From NCBI GenBank assembly GCA_021735655.1, contig JAIPGM010000004.1:64001-128000 (forward strand): a stretch of 64,000 nt of DNA, read 5' to 3'. This document shows, one piece after another, positions 19,109 through 29,359 of the stretch (the first letter of the stretch is position 1; each line of letters begins with the position of its first letter). Made by a program: the position numbers and the translations under genes. The notes beneath the pieces are model-generated. The model did not search any database. It was not told the DNA's origin and saw only the letters and a list, made by a program, of their open reading frames with translations. This DNA comes from Candidatus Omnitrophota bacterium (GTDB lineage: Bacteria; Omnitrophota; Gorgyraeia; Duberdicusellales; 4484-171).

Positions 19109-19378
19109 CTACCCAACAAAAAGAGATATTAAGCTGCCAATAAACACAATTACTCCCATGAACATCGTGAATTTACCTACTTTTACAGACTTAAATACTT
19201 TAATTGTCTTATTAGGTGACTCTTTATTAAGTTTCATGCCTTGGATAACAAAGTAAATTGCAGCTATTAACATACCGATATTTGCTATCTTATTTGTAAT
19301 CTTACCATACACACATGCCATAATTACACCAATAATGACAAAAACAATCATTACGACAACTAAACTTTTCTTTTCCAT
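19109..19378 (-). CDS. small membrane protein (3 TM), hypothetical
   Basis: 89 aa, hydrophobic. Confidence 0.4.
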   Translation of the reverse strand: MEKKSLVVVMIVFVIIGVIMACVYGKITNKIANIGMLIAAIYFVIQGMKLNKESPNKTIKVFKSVKVGKFTMFMGVIVFIGSLISLFVG

Positions 19379-19421
19379 TATTTATCCTTTTTAGCCACCA
19401 GCATTTAAGGAAGGAAGACAA

Positions 19422-19495
19422 TGGCGGCGAGTGGACTTGAACCACCGACAAAACGGGTATGAGCCGTTTGCTCTACCAGCCTGAGCTACGCCGCC
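19422..19495 (-). tRNA. tRNA-Met (anticodon CAU; elongator-type G1-C72), 74 nt, no encoded CCA
   Basis: Reverse complement folds as a cloverleaf: GGCGGCGTAGCTCAGGCTGGTAGAGCAAACGGCTCATACCCGTTTTGTCGGTGGTTCAAGTCCACTCGCCGCCA. CAU could also be the tRNA-Ile2 lysidine species. Confidence 0.85.
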
Positions 19496-19530
19496 AACGG
19501 GGAAAAATTATACCACATCTTTGAAAAAAA

Positions 19531-20559
19531 TTAGAATCTTTTAATAAATTCTATTTTTTCAATCACTGTTCCATCATTAGTACTAATTTTAAAATCATCA
19601 AGCGAACCATTGTTAGTAACATTATTTATCCGAAGGCGATAATATATTGGCTCGTCTCTTCTTTTTATCATTCGAAATTTTTCTTGCGGTACTACCCCCC
19701 TATAAAGAGTAACTCCAGTTATCGGACCATTAGCATAAACATGAATTTCCAAATTAATTTCCAACTGAGGGAATCCTTCTTCTTTGAGAAAAAATTCAGG
19801 AGCTTGCGGATAAACGATTAGCTTCGTTTTTCTTCCCTCAAGGTCTATCTCCGCTCTTTTTACATTTTTTATCTTTTTGCTAATCTTCTGCGCGGCTTGA
19901 TACCTAGATACTTTATCTTTTTGATAGTGGAAAAATGAAATTAAATTTATAAATGCTGTCTTCTCTTGATTCTCCGAAAAATAATACTTAGCCAAACATA
20001 AATAAATAATCGGATTTTCTGGTTGAGTCTGGGCTGCTTTAATTAACTCTGATTCCAAGCCCTTAATTAAATAATATTCAAAAAGATAAGAATAAGTATT
20101 CGGATCTTTGGAATATAGTTGGGTTGCCTTAATTAATTCAGATTTAGCCCTTTCATCGCCTTCGATTGTATAAAACCGACCCAACCTTAAGTGATAATCA
20201 AAATTGGTCGGGTTCAACCTTATTGCTTTCTTGTAAAGACTCTCTATTTGGACCTTATCGATAGAAAGCTCATCAGCCAACCCCTCTTCCTTGGCCTCTA
20301 ATAGATAGTCCCCTTTTTTTGCATAATAGTCAGCTTTATCAGGACTTATTTTTATGGCTTTAAATACTGATTTTAAAACCTTGCGGTAATAACTTAAACT
20401 AGCCGCATTTAAATCTGGTTTCTGAAAAGTAGAAAGATTTTCGTAAATGCAATTTGCTCTATAATTAGAACTGATATAAAAAGTGAGGTAGATTAATAAA
20501 AAAATGCTTCCTATAAAAAAAATATATTTTTCTTTCCGATCAAAAACCTTTTCTTTCAT
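19531..20559 (-). CDS. TPR-repeat protein with N-terminal membrane anchor
   Basis: TPR-like repeats (AKKGDYLLEAKEEG..., YKKAIRLNP...). Confidence 0.55.
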   Translation of the reverse strand: MKEKVFDRKEKYIFFIGSIFLLIYLTFYISSNYRANCIYENLSTFQKPDLNAASLSYYRKVLKSVFKAIKISPDKADYYAKKGDYLLEAKEEGLADELSIDKVQIESLYKKAIRLNPTNFDYHLRLGRFYTIEGDERAKSELIKATQLYSKDPNTYSYLFEYYLIKGLESELIKAAQTQPENPIIYLCLAKYYFSENQEKTAFINLISFFHYQKDKVSRYQAAQKISKKIKNVKRAEIDLEGRKTKLIVYPQAPEFFLKEEGFPQLEINLEIHVYANGPITGVTLYRGVVPQEKFRMIKRRDEPIYYRLRINNVTNNGSLDDFKISTNDGTVIEKIEFIKRF

Positions 20560-21882
20560 TTAAGTTCTATTCTTATTAGTCACATGGTGATTAAACTGAG
20601 TATTAACGCACTTATAAATTAAAGCCAAAATTAGCCAAAATAGGAATGTCGTCGCTGGAATATGAAAATTAAACTCAAAAAAGCTATGCAACAAAACCCC
20701 AATGAGACCGCAGGCGCCGCTTAAGGTAATTATCTTTACAAAACTGTCCTGCCTTTGACTAATCTTTTTTAAAATGCTTTTAAAAATCGTAACTATAAAC
20801 CCCAGATAAAAAAAAGCTCCGATAAGTCCGGTTTCAACAACCATCTGGAGATGGTCGTTATGAAGATGGTAAAAAAATTTACTCCATGCGAATTCTTGAT
20901 AGTAGGGAAAAATATATGAAAAATTTCCTAGACCTATACCGAATAAAGGAAAATCTTTTATAATAGCCAAAGAATTAGCCGCTATCTTAAGACGACCCAA
21001 AAATCCCTCTTCAATCATAATAAATCGCGCTTTTATTGGGGCTAAGCCTGGAATTAGAACTAATCCCAAACCGAAAATTAATACCAAGGGAATAATCCAG
21101 CCGCTACTCTTTATTAAAAATTTTCGTTTAGAAAATATCCCCATCAATAACAAGGAAAAAATTAAACTCAGCGATCCGGCTCGCGAAAGAGAAATAAATA
21201 CACTGGCTGAAATCAAAACTGCTAGGAATCCAAAAATAATTTTTTTAGCCTTGTCTCGGTAATACAAAGCATGGCCGACAGCCAAAGGCGCAACCATAAC
21301 CATATAGCCGGCAAAATGGTTACGATTACCGAAAGTGCTAAAAGCACCAGTTATCTCAGCATTAATTATAAAATACTTTTTTATGACCCCATAAAATGAA
21401 AGAATCGCTCCCCAAATGATTATCGTTAAAAACAGACGCTCGAATTGAGAGCGTTTCTTTATAGTATTAAGTGTAACCAAAAATAAAATCAAAAATGATA
21501 ACAGATTTATGCTTTCTGCTTTAGTTGCTGCTCTATAAAAAGATAACGATAAAAATCCCGACTGACTATCAAGCGGCATATAGTTATGCTTAAAAAAATA
21601 GGTTTTTGATGAAATAAATTTTATTGCAGCTTGTGGAAGCGGTAAAATCTGGAAAATAACAATAGCGATAAAAACAACTAAAAGATAGGTCTGCCGCGGA
21701 TAAACAATTTGCAACTGACCAGGAAAACTCCTCGCCAGATATAAAGCTAAAATAACTAGTATAGTTATCTGAACGACAAAAAGAAATGTTCCTTTAACTG
21801 AACCGTAACCGAGGGGAACAAAAACTATAAGAAAAACCAAGATAGCTTCAAATAGCCAATCCGGAATTACTTTTTTTATCAT
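20560..21882 (-). CDS. O-antigen ligase / Wzy_C-domain polysaccharide polymerase-like membrane protein
   Basis: About 12 TM helices; motif FFYHLHNDHLQMVVETGLIGAFFY matches the Wzy_C periplasmic-loop signature. Confidence 0.7.
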   Translation of the reverse strand: MIKKVIPDWLFEAILVFLIVFVPLGYGSVKGTFLFVVQITILVILALYLARSFPGQLQIVYPRQTYLLVVFIAIVIFQILPLPQAAIKFISSKTYFFKHNYMPLDSQSGFLSLSFYRAATKAESINLLSFLILFLVTLNTIKKRSQFERLFLTIIIWGAILSFYGVIKKYFIINAEITGAFSTFGNRNHFAGYMVMVAPLAVGHALYYRDKAKKIIFGFLAVLISASVFISLSRAGSLSLIFSLLLMGIFSKRKFLIKSSGWIIPLVLIFGLGLVLIPGLAPIKARFIMIEEGFLGRLKIAANSLAIIKDFPLFGIGLGNFSYIFPYYQEFAWSKFFYHLHNDHLQMVVETGLIGAFFYLGFIVTIFKSILKKISQRQDSFVKIITLSGACGLIGVLLHSFFEFNFHIPATTFLFWLILALIYKCVNTQFNHHVTNKNRT

Positions 21883-23720
21883 TTTTTAGTTTCCGGGGAG
21901 TAAGAATAATGATAAAAATAGTAACCACCCTTACTTTGCTCAATACCATTCAAAACAGCGCCGATAATTTTTGTTTTATTGCCTAATATTTTCCTAGCTT
22001 CAGCTATATGCTTAAGTGGAGTAACTCCGGCTCGAATCACAAAAACTAACCCATCGCATTTATCCGCTAAAAGAATAGCCTCAGATACACTCAAAACCGG
22101 GGTGGAATCAATAATAACTCTTTTATACTTTTTCTCTACCTCGCGCAATATATCTTTTAAAGTGGCTGAGCCCAAAAGCTCTGTGGGGTTAGGCGTGTAA
22201 TGACCACAACCAATAAAATCAAGATTCGGGACATCAGTTGACACTATTACTTCCTCTAAAGAAGCTACGCCAGCCAGCAGGCTACTTAAGCCAATTTCGG
22301 AAGAAGGACTAAAAGATTTCGCTAAGTGCCCCTTGCGCATATCAGCATCGATAAGTAAAGTTGAGTCGCCGGTTTGTGCAAAAGCTATTGCTAAATTAGC
22401 AGAAGTAAAACTTTTTCCCTCCTGCGGAATAGTACTACCAATGACTATAGTTCGTAGAGGCTTATCCTCCGGAAAAGAAAAAATTAAGGCTGTTCTTAAA
22501 TTCTTAAAGTTTTCAGCAACTATAGAAAAAGGCTGGGTGTGAGACAATAAATTTAGTTTTTCTCGGGTTTGCTCTTCCTTTGCCAAGTTGATTGCTCCAA
22601 GAAAGGGGAGCTTAGCGTAAAATTCTACATCGTCCGATGTCTTCAAGGTAGAATCGGTATATTCTAGAAAAAAACAAAAAGATAAGCTTAGAAAAATGCT
22701 CATCGCTAAAGCTAGAATGATATCCCGCTTCGGCCGAGGCCAAACCGGAGACAAAGGAACATCAGCTTCATCAACTATGCGTATATTAGAAATAGAAAGT
22801 TCTTTAGAAACATCTAATTCCTTAGCCCGCTGCAGAAGGTTTTCATATATCGATTTATTCGAATCTACTCTTCGTTTAAGAATTCTGTACTCAGCCGAAA
22901 TATCTTGAATGGCCATGAATTTTTCAGTCTCACTTTTAATCGTTAAAATAACCGTATTTAGCTCCTCATTCAAAGCAAGTATTTCAGGATGTTTTCCTTT
23001 GTATTTCTTAGATAAGGAAGCCACTTCATTTTCCAAGTCAGATTTTTGTTTTTCGAGGTCACGCAAAATACTTTTATCATACTCTTTCTCCATGTCTGGA
23101 ATATTAACGATCTTATTTTTACGAACAAAATTATTTAACTCTTTGTCCGATTGTTGTATTTTCTTTAATGCTTCTTCAAGCTGTCCTTCCAACCAAGAAA
23201 CACCATATTTGGCAATCCCAGTCCTTCTTTCTATATCCTGATAAATAAATTCCCTAGCCCAAGTGTTAGCGATACTGGTTATTTTTAAACGGTCCCTACC
23301 GGTAACCGTAATGATAACTAAATTGCTCATCCGCTCAGGCTTAACATCAACCCAAGACAAAAGAACTCTAGCCGGATTTCTCTTCCCGCCAATTTCAGGA
23401 TCATTAGCAAGATCCAACTTATCAATAACCCGTTCAGCCAAAGAAAGTGATTTCAACAAACCATACTGGCTATAATAATACTCTCTATCTCTGACTTCGC
23501 CCTGATAAGCATACCCACCCTTTTCAGACATAATCTGCGGGTTTTGCTTTTCAATATGCATTGTCATCTCTGCCCGATATTTTTTAGGTTGAGTGAAATC
23601 ATAAAAAGCAACTAGGCTTACGGTTATCAAGATAAAAGACACAACTAACCATTTACGCTTCAAAAAAATTTCCCAATAATCCTTAATGCCTAACACTTTT
23701 ACTTCTGCGGGTGGTATCAT
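21879..23720 (-). CDS. polysaccharide biosynthesis tyrosine autokinase (Wzc/EpsG type: Wzz domain + CpsD/BY-kinase ATPase)
   Basis: Two TM helices flank a periplasmic coiled-coil domain. Walker A IPQEGKSFTSANLA. Tyr-rich C-terminus GGYYFYHYSYSP. 4-nt overlap with the downstream gene. Confidence 0.85.
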   Translation of the reverse strand: MIPPAEVKVLGIKDYWEIFLKRKWLVVSFILITVSLVAFYDFTQPKKYRAEMTMHIEKQNPQIMSEKGGYAYQGEVRDREYYYSQYGLLKSLSLAERVIDKLDLANDPEIGGKRNPARVLLSWVDVKPERMSNLVIITVTGRDRLKITSIANTWAREFIYQDIERRTGIAKYGVSWLEGQLEEALKKIQQSDKELNNFVRKNKIVNIPDMEKEYDKSILRDLEKQKSDLENEVASLSKKYKGKHPEILALNEELNTVILTIKSETEKFMAIQDISAEYRILKRRVDSNKSIYENLLQRAKELDVSKELSISNIRIVDEADVPLSPVWPRPKRDIILALAMSIFLSLSFCFFLEYTDSTLKTSDDVEFYAKLPFLGAINLAKEEQTREKLNLLSHTQPFSIVAENFKNLRTALIFSFPEDKPLRTIVIGSTIPQEGKSFTSANLAIAFAQTGDSTLLIDADMRKGHLAKSFSPSSEIGLSSLLAGVASLEEVIVSTDVPNLDFIGCGHYTPNPTELLGSATLKDILREVEKKYKRVIIDSTPVLSVSEAILLADKCDGLVFVIRAGVTPLKHIAEARKILGNKTKIIGAVLNGIEQSKGGYYFYHYSYSPETKK

Positions 23721-23721
23721 T

Positions 23722-24954
23722 TTAAAAATCCATTGATAGCTTTAAAGACACTATATTATTATCATGCTCAGCCAAGGTTGAGTCTGAACCTATTTTTTCA
23801 AATTCATAATTACCGATTATTTTTAGCTGTTTTGTTAAAGTGTACTCTGAGCTTAACAAAATATTGTATTGTTTATCTTGTCTCCCAGATTCATATTCAT
23901 CAAAATTAAAAGAGACGTTAGATATTAATTTTAGCTTTCGGTTAAACGGCGGAAAGTATCGAAACCCGAAACCGAAGTTAGAATAAGAATCTAGCTCATC
24001 AGTGCTAATAGAAGACGCTCCCACTCCCTGTTCAGCGTTAACATTAAGAATGAATCTTCGAGAAAGTAAATAATCTAAATTTATATTCACAGCATTGGAA
24101 GATACGTGCTCTTCTGGATAGTGCCCTTCCTCATAACCAAATTTTATTAGCCCCTTAATCTTTGAAAATATATCCCCTCTTACTCCGATCCAATATTCAT
24201 CGCGATCCCGGTCTACACTCCCACCTTTATAGAAATCTTTCCATTCATGATCGTACTCCAAAAAAGCATAGGTTTTAGAAGCAATCCTTAAAGACCCAGT
24301 AAAACTAACTGTATCGGCTTTATAGCTATGAGTTGTTCGAAAATCGCCTTCTTCGTAGGCCTTATCGCGATGTAGATAGGCCATCTCCCAACGAAACCGA
24401 TTCCAATTTACATCCAGGCTTAGTTTTGGATAATGCTCTAAATAATCCACAAACCCTTCGTCAGTAGTAAGGCTCAAGTCGGTCAAAGTAGCCTGTTCCT
24501 TTATGAATCGATAGTCTAGAGTTAAAGCAAACATACCCAGGCCATGGCTAACCAAAAAACTAAAATAGGGATTTTCAACGTTATGCTCGTCATGTTCAGC
24601 ATATTGTTTAACCAAAATCCCGGTATCAACAAAAATATTAGTTTTTTTCTGACTGCTTAGATCTCCATATCTTACCCCCGGGCTAATCTCAGTAACAAAA
24701 TCTCCCTCAATATCTTCAGTGGTAAGAAAAATATTATCGTTAATAGTCGTTTTAAGCTCAACGTAAGGAGTAAGATTGTCTAAAAATTTTCTTATTGCGC
24801 TAAGTCTTCCCCCCTGAGCTTCCTGAACCAAGACATCAAAGCTATTCTGATCCGGCTCGGTCTCGGCGTAGGCTCCAACTGACCCCACCCCAATCAAACA
24901 GACAGCAGCTATAATTATCACTCTTAATAACAAAGTTCTCTGCTGATATTGCAT
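23722..24954 (-). CDS. outer-membrane beta-barrel protein (polysaccharide-export associated?)
   Basis: Signal peptide, alternating amphipathic beta strands, C-terminal Phe (LSMDF). Confidence 0.5.
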   Translation of the reverse strand: MQYQQRTLLLRVIIIAAVCLIGVGSVGAYAETEPDQNSFDVLVQEAQGGRLSAIRKFLDNLTPYVELKTTINDNIFLTTEDIEGDFVTEISPGVRYGDLSSQKKTNIFVDTGILVKQYAEHDEHNVENPYFSFLVSHGLGMFALTLDYRFIKEQATLTDLSLTTDEGFVDYLEHYPKLSLDVNWNRFRWEMAYLHRDKAYEEGDFRTTHSYKADTVSFTGSLRIASKTYAFLEYDHEWKDFYKGGSVDRDRDEYWIGVRGDIFSKIKGLIKFGYEEGHYPEEHVSSNAVNINLDYLLSRRFILNVNAEQGVGASSISTDELDSYSNFGFGFRYFPPFNRKLKLISNVSFNFDEYESGRQDKQYNILLSSEYTLTKQLKIIGNYEFEKIGSDSTLAEHDNNIVSLKLSMDF

Positions 24955-24961
24955 AACCTTA

Positions 24962-25372
24962 TTAATGCCTTTCTCCCTCTCTAATATTCTTGCCTCGAGC
25001 CTTATAACTATTTACAATGCTATTATTAATAAACTCTTTCGCCTTCTCATCAATATTGACAAATTCGGTTGCAAGATCATATCCACCCATTTTCTTCAAA
25101 GCCCTGCTTCTTAAAACTTTAGCCACGACTTTAATTGAATCAACCCGTGGCGGAAAATTTATCTCTATTTCTACTATGTTGTTAACCGGAATATTTTCCT
25201 TGGCATGGAAGAGAACCCCGCCAGCACTTATATCTCTGGCAAAAGACAACTTTGACTGGCCATCAATGCTTTTATATTTCAATAAACAGTGCACTCGAAT
25301 CCTAGCAAAATTTCTATTTCTCTTCTTAAAAAATTTACTGGCCAATCTTGAAAAAAACAGCGACTTCATCAC
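24962..25372 (-). CDS. PilZ-domain c-di-GMP binding protein
   Basis: RNRNFARIRV (RxxxR) and DISAGGV (DxSxGG) motifs with the right spacing. Confidence 0.7.
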   Translation of the reverse strand: MMKSLFFSRLASKFFKKRNRNFARIRVHCLLKYKSIDGQSKLSFARDISAGGVLFHAKENIPVNNIVEIEINFPPRVDSIKVVAKVLRSRALKKMGGYDLATEFVNIDEKAKEFINNSIVNSYKARGKNIREGERH

Positions 25373-27133
25373 TTAGTAGCCCATCCTTTCTTTAATCCTG
25401 GTTAAATATTGTTCGGTTTTTCTGTAACCTGATTGCAGACCAACTACCTGATTAAACATTTCCCGCGACCTAGCATAGTCTCCCAAAGAAAATAAAACTA
25501 CGGCTAAGTTATACTTTGGCTCGATATAATCGAGCTTTAAAGCTATGGCCTTTCTGAAATATTTTTGAGCTGTGCGGTGATCACGCTCAAGCCAAAAAAT
25601 ATAACCTAAATTATTATAGGCTTCAGCAAAATCAGGATTAACTTTTATAGCTCGGATAAGTAAAGTCTTAGCTTTTGCATAATCCTTGTCTAACAGATAA
25701 AGAGTTCCTAAATTGTAATTCGATACATCCAAACTGGGGTTAATTTTTGAGGCCCTCTTGTACTCAGCTATTGCCTCATCACCCATGCCCAAATTGTAAT
25801 AAATTGAACCTAAAACAATTGTACTTTCAGCCCCTTTCTCAGAAAGTTGCTGCGTTTTTTCGACTTCTTCTAGAGCCTCTTCGGTTTTATTAAGCAAATT
25901 ATAAGCCAAGCTTTTTCCGCTATAGGCTAAGTCTAAATCAGAAGAAACTCCTAAAGCTAAATCAAATTGTTTCAAAGCTTGGTAATATTTTTCGGGATTG
26001 GAAGTTCGATACCCTTCCCTCAACAAATTAAAACCTTCATAGCCATAATGATCGGCTAAATCGTATTTAATCTTTTCCTCATAATAATCGCTGTACTCAG
26101 TTTCTCCGGACTTAGTTTTTAGCTTATCAAACGCAGCCTTAGCTGCTTTCATATCTTCCATATCACGCATATAAATATAACCTACCCGAAGTTGCGATAA
26201 CTGTCCCGTTTTTTGAGATAAACCTGCCTCAAAATTTTCCTTAAACATAGCTAAAGCTTTCTCAGTTTCCCCTAAAGCGTAAAGAGAGCTAGCCTCCTGA
26301 TAGCTAGAAAACCCCTGCCATTCTTTGGGCAAGTTTTGTTTTATTTCATTAAAAACTAACTGTGCTTTTTTAAAATCTTTTTTGGCTTTATAAGCAATAC
26401 CTGAATAGAACTTAGCCGCCAAGGCTTCTATGTTGTTGGGATCAGCTTCTACCACCTTATTCAAATAAACTAAAGAATTATCAAAATCTTTCATCTGCAA
26501 ATATAGCTGGCCCAATTTTAAATATTCTCGCTGGAGATCTTCTTTGCTATAAGACCCTTGCTTACTATAAGCGACTAGCTTACTTCTTACATCTTCGATA
26601 TCTTTATTTAAATTTCTCTTCACGCCTTTTTTGCCAACAGTCGTGAGAGCAATCACAAAATCATCGAGCTTGGAACGTAAAAACGATTTATCTTTCTGTT
26701 TCTTTACGATAGTTGCTCGAATGAAATGTTTTGCATCTTCGATGTGGTCGCCGCTAGAAGCTTGAGAAAGAAGATCGCTGGCAACATCAATTTCAGTTGC
26801 AGCAATCATGCCTTCTATATACTTTTTATTAGTTTCCCGTTGTTGGAAAGAAATTTTTTCGCTTGCTAAATCACCAATTTCTATTTTTAAAGCCGCTGCT
26901 AGATCAAATCCTTCTTTGGTTGACTCTGCCACAAAGGCATTATCTAAAATATCTTTAACTGCCCTTATTTGGCTTACTGTTTCCGCTCCATCTAGCTCCC
27001 TTAAAGAAAGCTTTAAGTTGACTAATGAATTATCTAATAAATAATGGTTATAGCCAGCGAAAAAGACAAAAGCTCCCCCAAGAGCAACAATCAAAGGAAG
27101 AAAATTTTTGAAAAATATCCTTTTACTCATCAC
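25373..27133 (-). CDS. TPR-repeat protein, N-terminal TM anchor
   Basis: More than 8 TPR units (e.g. AEAYNNLGYIFWLERDHRTAQKYFRKAIALKLDY). Confidence 0.7.
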   Translation of the reverse strand: MMSKRIFFKNFLPLIVALGGAFVFFAGYNHYLLDNSLVNLKLSLRELDGAETVSQIRAVKDILDNAFVAESTKEGFDLAAALKIEIGDLASEKISFQQRETNKKYIEGMIAATEIDVASDLLSQASSGDHIEDAKHFIRATIVKKQKDKSFLRSKLDDFVIALTTVGKKGVKRNLNKDIEDVRSKLVAYSKQGSYSKEDLQREYLKLGQLYLQMKDFDNSLVYLNKVVEADPNNIEALAAKFYSGIAYKAKKDFKKAQLVFNEIKQNLPKEWQGFSSYQEASSLYALGETEKALAMFKENFEAGLSQKTGQLSQLRVGYIYMRDMEDMKAAKAAFDKLKTKSGETEYSDYYEEKIKYDLADHYGYEGFNLLREGYRTSNPEKYYQALKQFDLALGVSSDLDLAYSGKSLAYNLLNKTEEALEEVEKTQQLSEKGAESTIVLGSIYYNLGMGDEAIAEYKRASKINPSLDVSNYNLGTLYLLDKDYAKAKTLLIRAIKVNPDFAEAYNNLGYIFWLERDHRTAQKYFRKAIALKLDYIEPKYNLAVVLFSLGDYARSREMFNQVVGLQSGYRKTEQYLTRIKERMGY

Positions 27134-27155
27134 TAAGTCTTAGTGTAGCAAAATA

Positions 27156-27572
27156 TTAGACATTGTCAACGAAATAGGCCTTTCGTTTCATTAAATAAAT
27201 TATTATTAATATATTAATTACTATACCTAAAACAACAATTAAATTTTCACCATTATGTCTAGTTGCCCTTAGGCCTTCTATTTTTAAAAACGCCGTCTTC
27301 TGATTGGCAATAAGAATGCCATTAATTAGAAAAATAATATGCAAAAACAAAGCAGCCACAAAGCCGCTTTTTTTAGCTTCCCTCATTGCTAAATAAAGAA
27401 ACCAAAATAAAATAAGAAAGTTAAAATGAATGATTTTGGCCAAAAAAGGGCTAACCGCTACTCCAAAAATCACCAGTTGGGTAGAAAAGACGAAAAGAGG
27501 TAGCCCGTAAAGGATACTTAAGCAGAGATAAAAATAACCGATGGTTCTTATTCCTAACTTCCTGTCTACCAA
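27156..27572 (-). CDS. hypothetical 4-TM membrane protein
   Basis: Hydrophobic 138-aa ORF. Confidence 0.4.
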   Translation of the reverse strand: MVDRKLGIRTIGYFYLCLSILYGLPLFVFSTQLVIFGVAVSPFLAKIIHFNFLILFWFLYLAMREAKKSGFVAALFLHIIFLINGILIANQKTAFLKIEGLRATRHNGENLIVVLGIVINILIIIYLMKRKAYFVDNV

Positions 27573-27637
27573 TAAGTTACCTCCTTGACAATGGTCCTAA
27601 CTAATGTTATACTTAAATTGAAGGAGAAAAGGACAAT

Positions 27638-27862
27638 ATGAGTAAAAAAATACTGTTTATTCTAATAGTGTTGTTTGTAAATGGGCTAATTTTCAATGGG
27701 GTTGTATTCTCCGATAAAGACAAAAAGGATGCTGCTTCACCGAAAATCCACTATGATGAGAAAACCTCTCGCGAACGCGACAGCGATAAAATTAGCACTA
27801 AGGCAGTTGCCGAAGACCTCGTAGTAAGCGAACCTTTGATTTACTTTCCTAAGGAATCTTAA
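27638..27862 (+). CDS. small secreted hypothetical protein (only convincing plus-strand gene in the window)
   Basis: Signal peptide MSKKILFILIVLFVNGLIFNG; SD-like GGAGAAAAGGA upstream. Confidence 0.4.
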   Translation: MSKKILFILIVLFVNGLIFNGVVFSDKDKKDAASPKIHYDEKTSRERDSDKISTKAVAEDLVVSEPLIYFPKES

Positions 27863-27892
27863 AGATACTACTCATTAAATTATTTTTATAGC

Positions 27893-29359
27893 TTAGGCCT
27901 CTGCTGGCCTATCACCCTTCCTTTTGTCTAAAACAAAACAGCTTCTTGGCTCATTCTTGGCTTTTTTCTTTACTTCAGCGGCAATATTAGTTACTTCGGC
28001 ATAAGATTCAATCGACCGGTGAGCATTAGTTATGCCGGCCAAAGATATGGTCATAATCGGAAACTGCTTTACTGAACCGTCCCGAGCATGAGCAACAATA
28101 TGCCCTCTTTCTAAATCTTCCTGATTGTACAAAGCTCTGACCTTCTCATCAAAGGTAGAAGTTATGTGATCGGCTAGATCTTGTGCTCTTTCCGGTTCAG
28201 TCACCAAAAGAAAGTCATCGCCGCCTTCATGCCCGATAAAATCCGTAGCGGCTCCCTTGGTTTTAACTGCCTCCTTAAATATACCCCCGGTTAACATGAT
28301 CGCTTCATCACCTTTATGAATTCCATACTTATCATTAAAAGCCTTAAAATTATCTAAATCGCAATAAATAACTGTAAATTTCTTACCCTCTTCAATTCTT
28401 CTAGTCACATCTTCCATAATTACGATGTTGCCAGGGAGCTTGGTAAGAGGATTCGCATCCTCTGCCTTTTCCTTCATTAAGGCTAATTCTTTAGTCATGG
28501 TATTAAAAGTATCAGCCAGCTCTTCGAGTTCATCATTAGTAGAGATTCTTACGCGCGAATCGAGTTGGCCAGAAGCAATGGTTTTAGCTGCCCGGTTAAA
28601 AACCCTTATTGGCCTGACTACTAAGCGGGATAAAAAAATGCCTAAAAAGATATTGGTTATTACCAACAACACTCCTACTATGATCGCCGGTTGATAAACT
28701 TTTTTTATGGCTAACCAGACGTCACCCAAAGGGAAAAAGGCTCGGACCACTAAGGGAATGCGTTTCTGGCTATCGGTGAGTGGAATATATACAGAAAATT
28801 GTTTTAAGCTCTTATTCACTACCGACTGGCCGCTAACCGTCTCGTTTCGTCTTAATTTCTTAATTATATCCAGATCATCATAATCGCCTTGAGCCCCGGA
28901 AAACCATTTCTCGGTTGAGAATACTATTTGGCCTTTTCTGTCCAAGATATAAGCTGCCTGCAAAGACTCTGCATTCTTTAGAAACTCCAAACCTTTGCCA
29001 AGATAGCCAATTCTTTCTTCAATTGGCAAATCAATACTTAGTTGTCGATTTAACAACCGTAGCCCTTTATTTACAGCTTTAATCTTTTCGCTGTCCGCTA
29101 TTGAAGATGCTAGAGTTTCACTTAACAATTGTAAACCCTTACCTAAGGCCTCTAGCTTGGTCTCTGCTCCTGATGAATTTAATACCTCAGTTAGTTTTTC
29201 TTCAATATGTAAAGAAGTTGTTTTTGCCTTATACTTTATCGACCCGTCAACCGTCCCCACTTCGTGAGCGAGCTGGATTACAAGAAACATACTAATAGTA
29301 ACTATGGTAAAAATCGTTACTATAAGAATGATTCTGGTTTTTAAACTAATAGCTTTCAT
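27893..29359 (-). CDS. membrane sensor with HAMP and GGDEF domain (GGDDF variant), putative diguanylate cyclase
   Basis: N-terminal TM, periplasmic domain, second TM, HAMP. GGDEF core reads YCDLDNFKAFNDKYGIHKGDEAI...IGHEGGDDFLLV. Confidence 0.7.
   Translation of the reverse strand: MKAISLKTRIILIVTIFTIVTISMFLVIQLAHEVGTVDGSIKYKAKTTSLHIEEKLTEVLNSSGAETKLEALGKGLQLLSETLASSIADSEKIKAVNKGLRLLNRQLSIDLPIEERIGYLGKGLEFLKNAESLQAAYILDRKGQIVFSTEKWFSGAQGDYDDLDIIKKLRRNETVSGQSVVNKSLKQFSVYIPLTDSQKRIPLVVRAFFPLGDVWLAIKKVYQPAIIVGVLLVITNIFLGIFLSRLVVRPIRVFNRAAKTIASGQLDSRVRISTNDELEELADTFNTMTKELALMKEKAEDANPLTKLPGNIVIMEDVTRRIEEGKKFTVIYCDLDNFKAFNDKYGIHKGDEAIMLTGGIFKEAVKTKGAATDFIGHEGGDDFLLVTEPERAQDLADHITSTFDEKVRALYNQEDLERGHIVAHARDGSVKQFPIMTISLAGITNAHRSIESYAEVTNIAAEVKKKAKNEPRSCFVLDKRKGDRPAEA

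Noticed and set aside
19422-19495. tRNA-Met as integration site of a mobile element
   Set aside because: Its flanks are ordinary chromosomal genes (small membrane protein, cupin, TPR) with no integrase or phage genes. The island at 48.9 kb carries a different tRNA-like 3' sequence.
27880-27915. Hairpin aggcctctgctggcct overlapping the GGDEF gene stop as a terminator
   Set aside because: There is no U-run on the relevant strand after the stem. It could be bidirectional at best, so it is not called.
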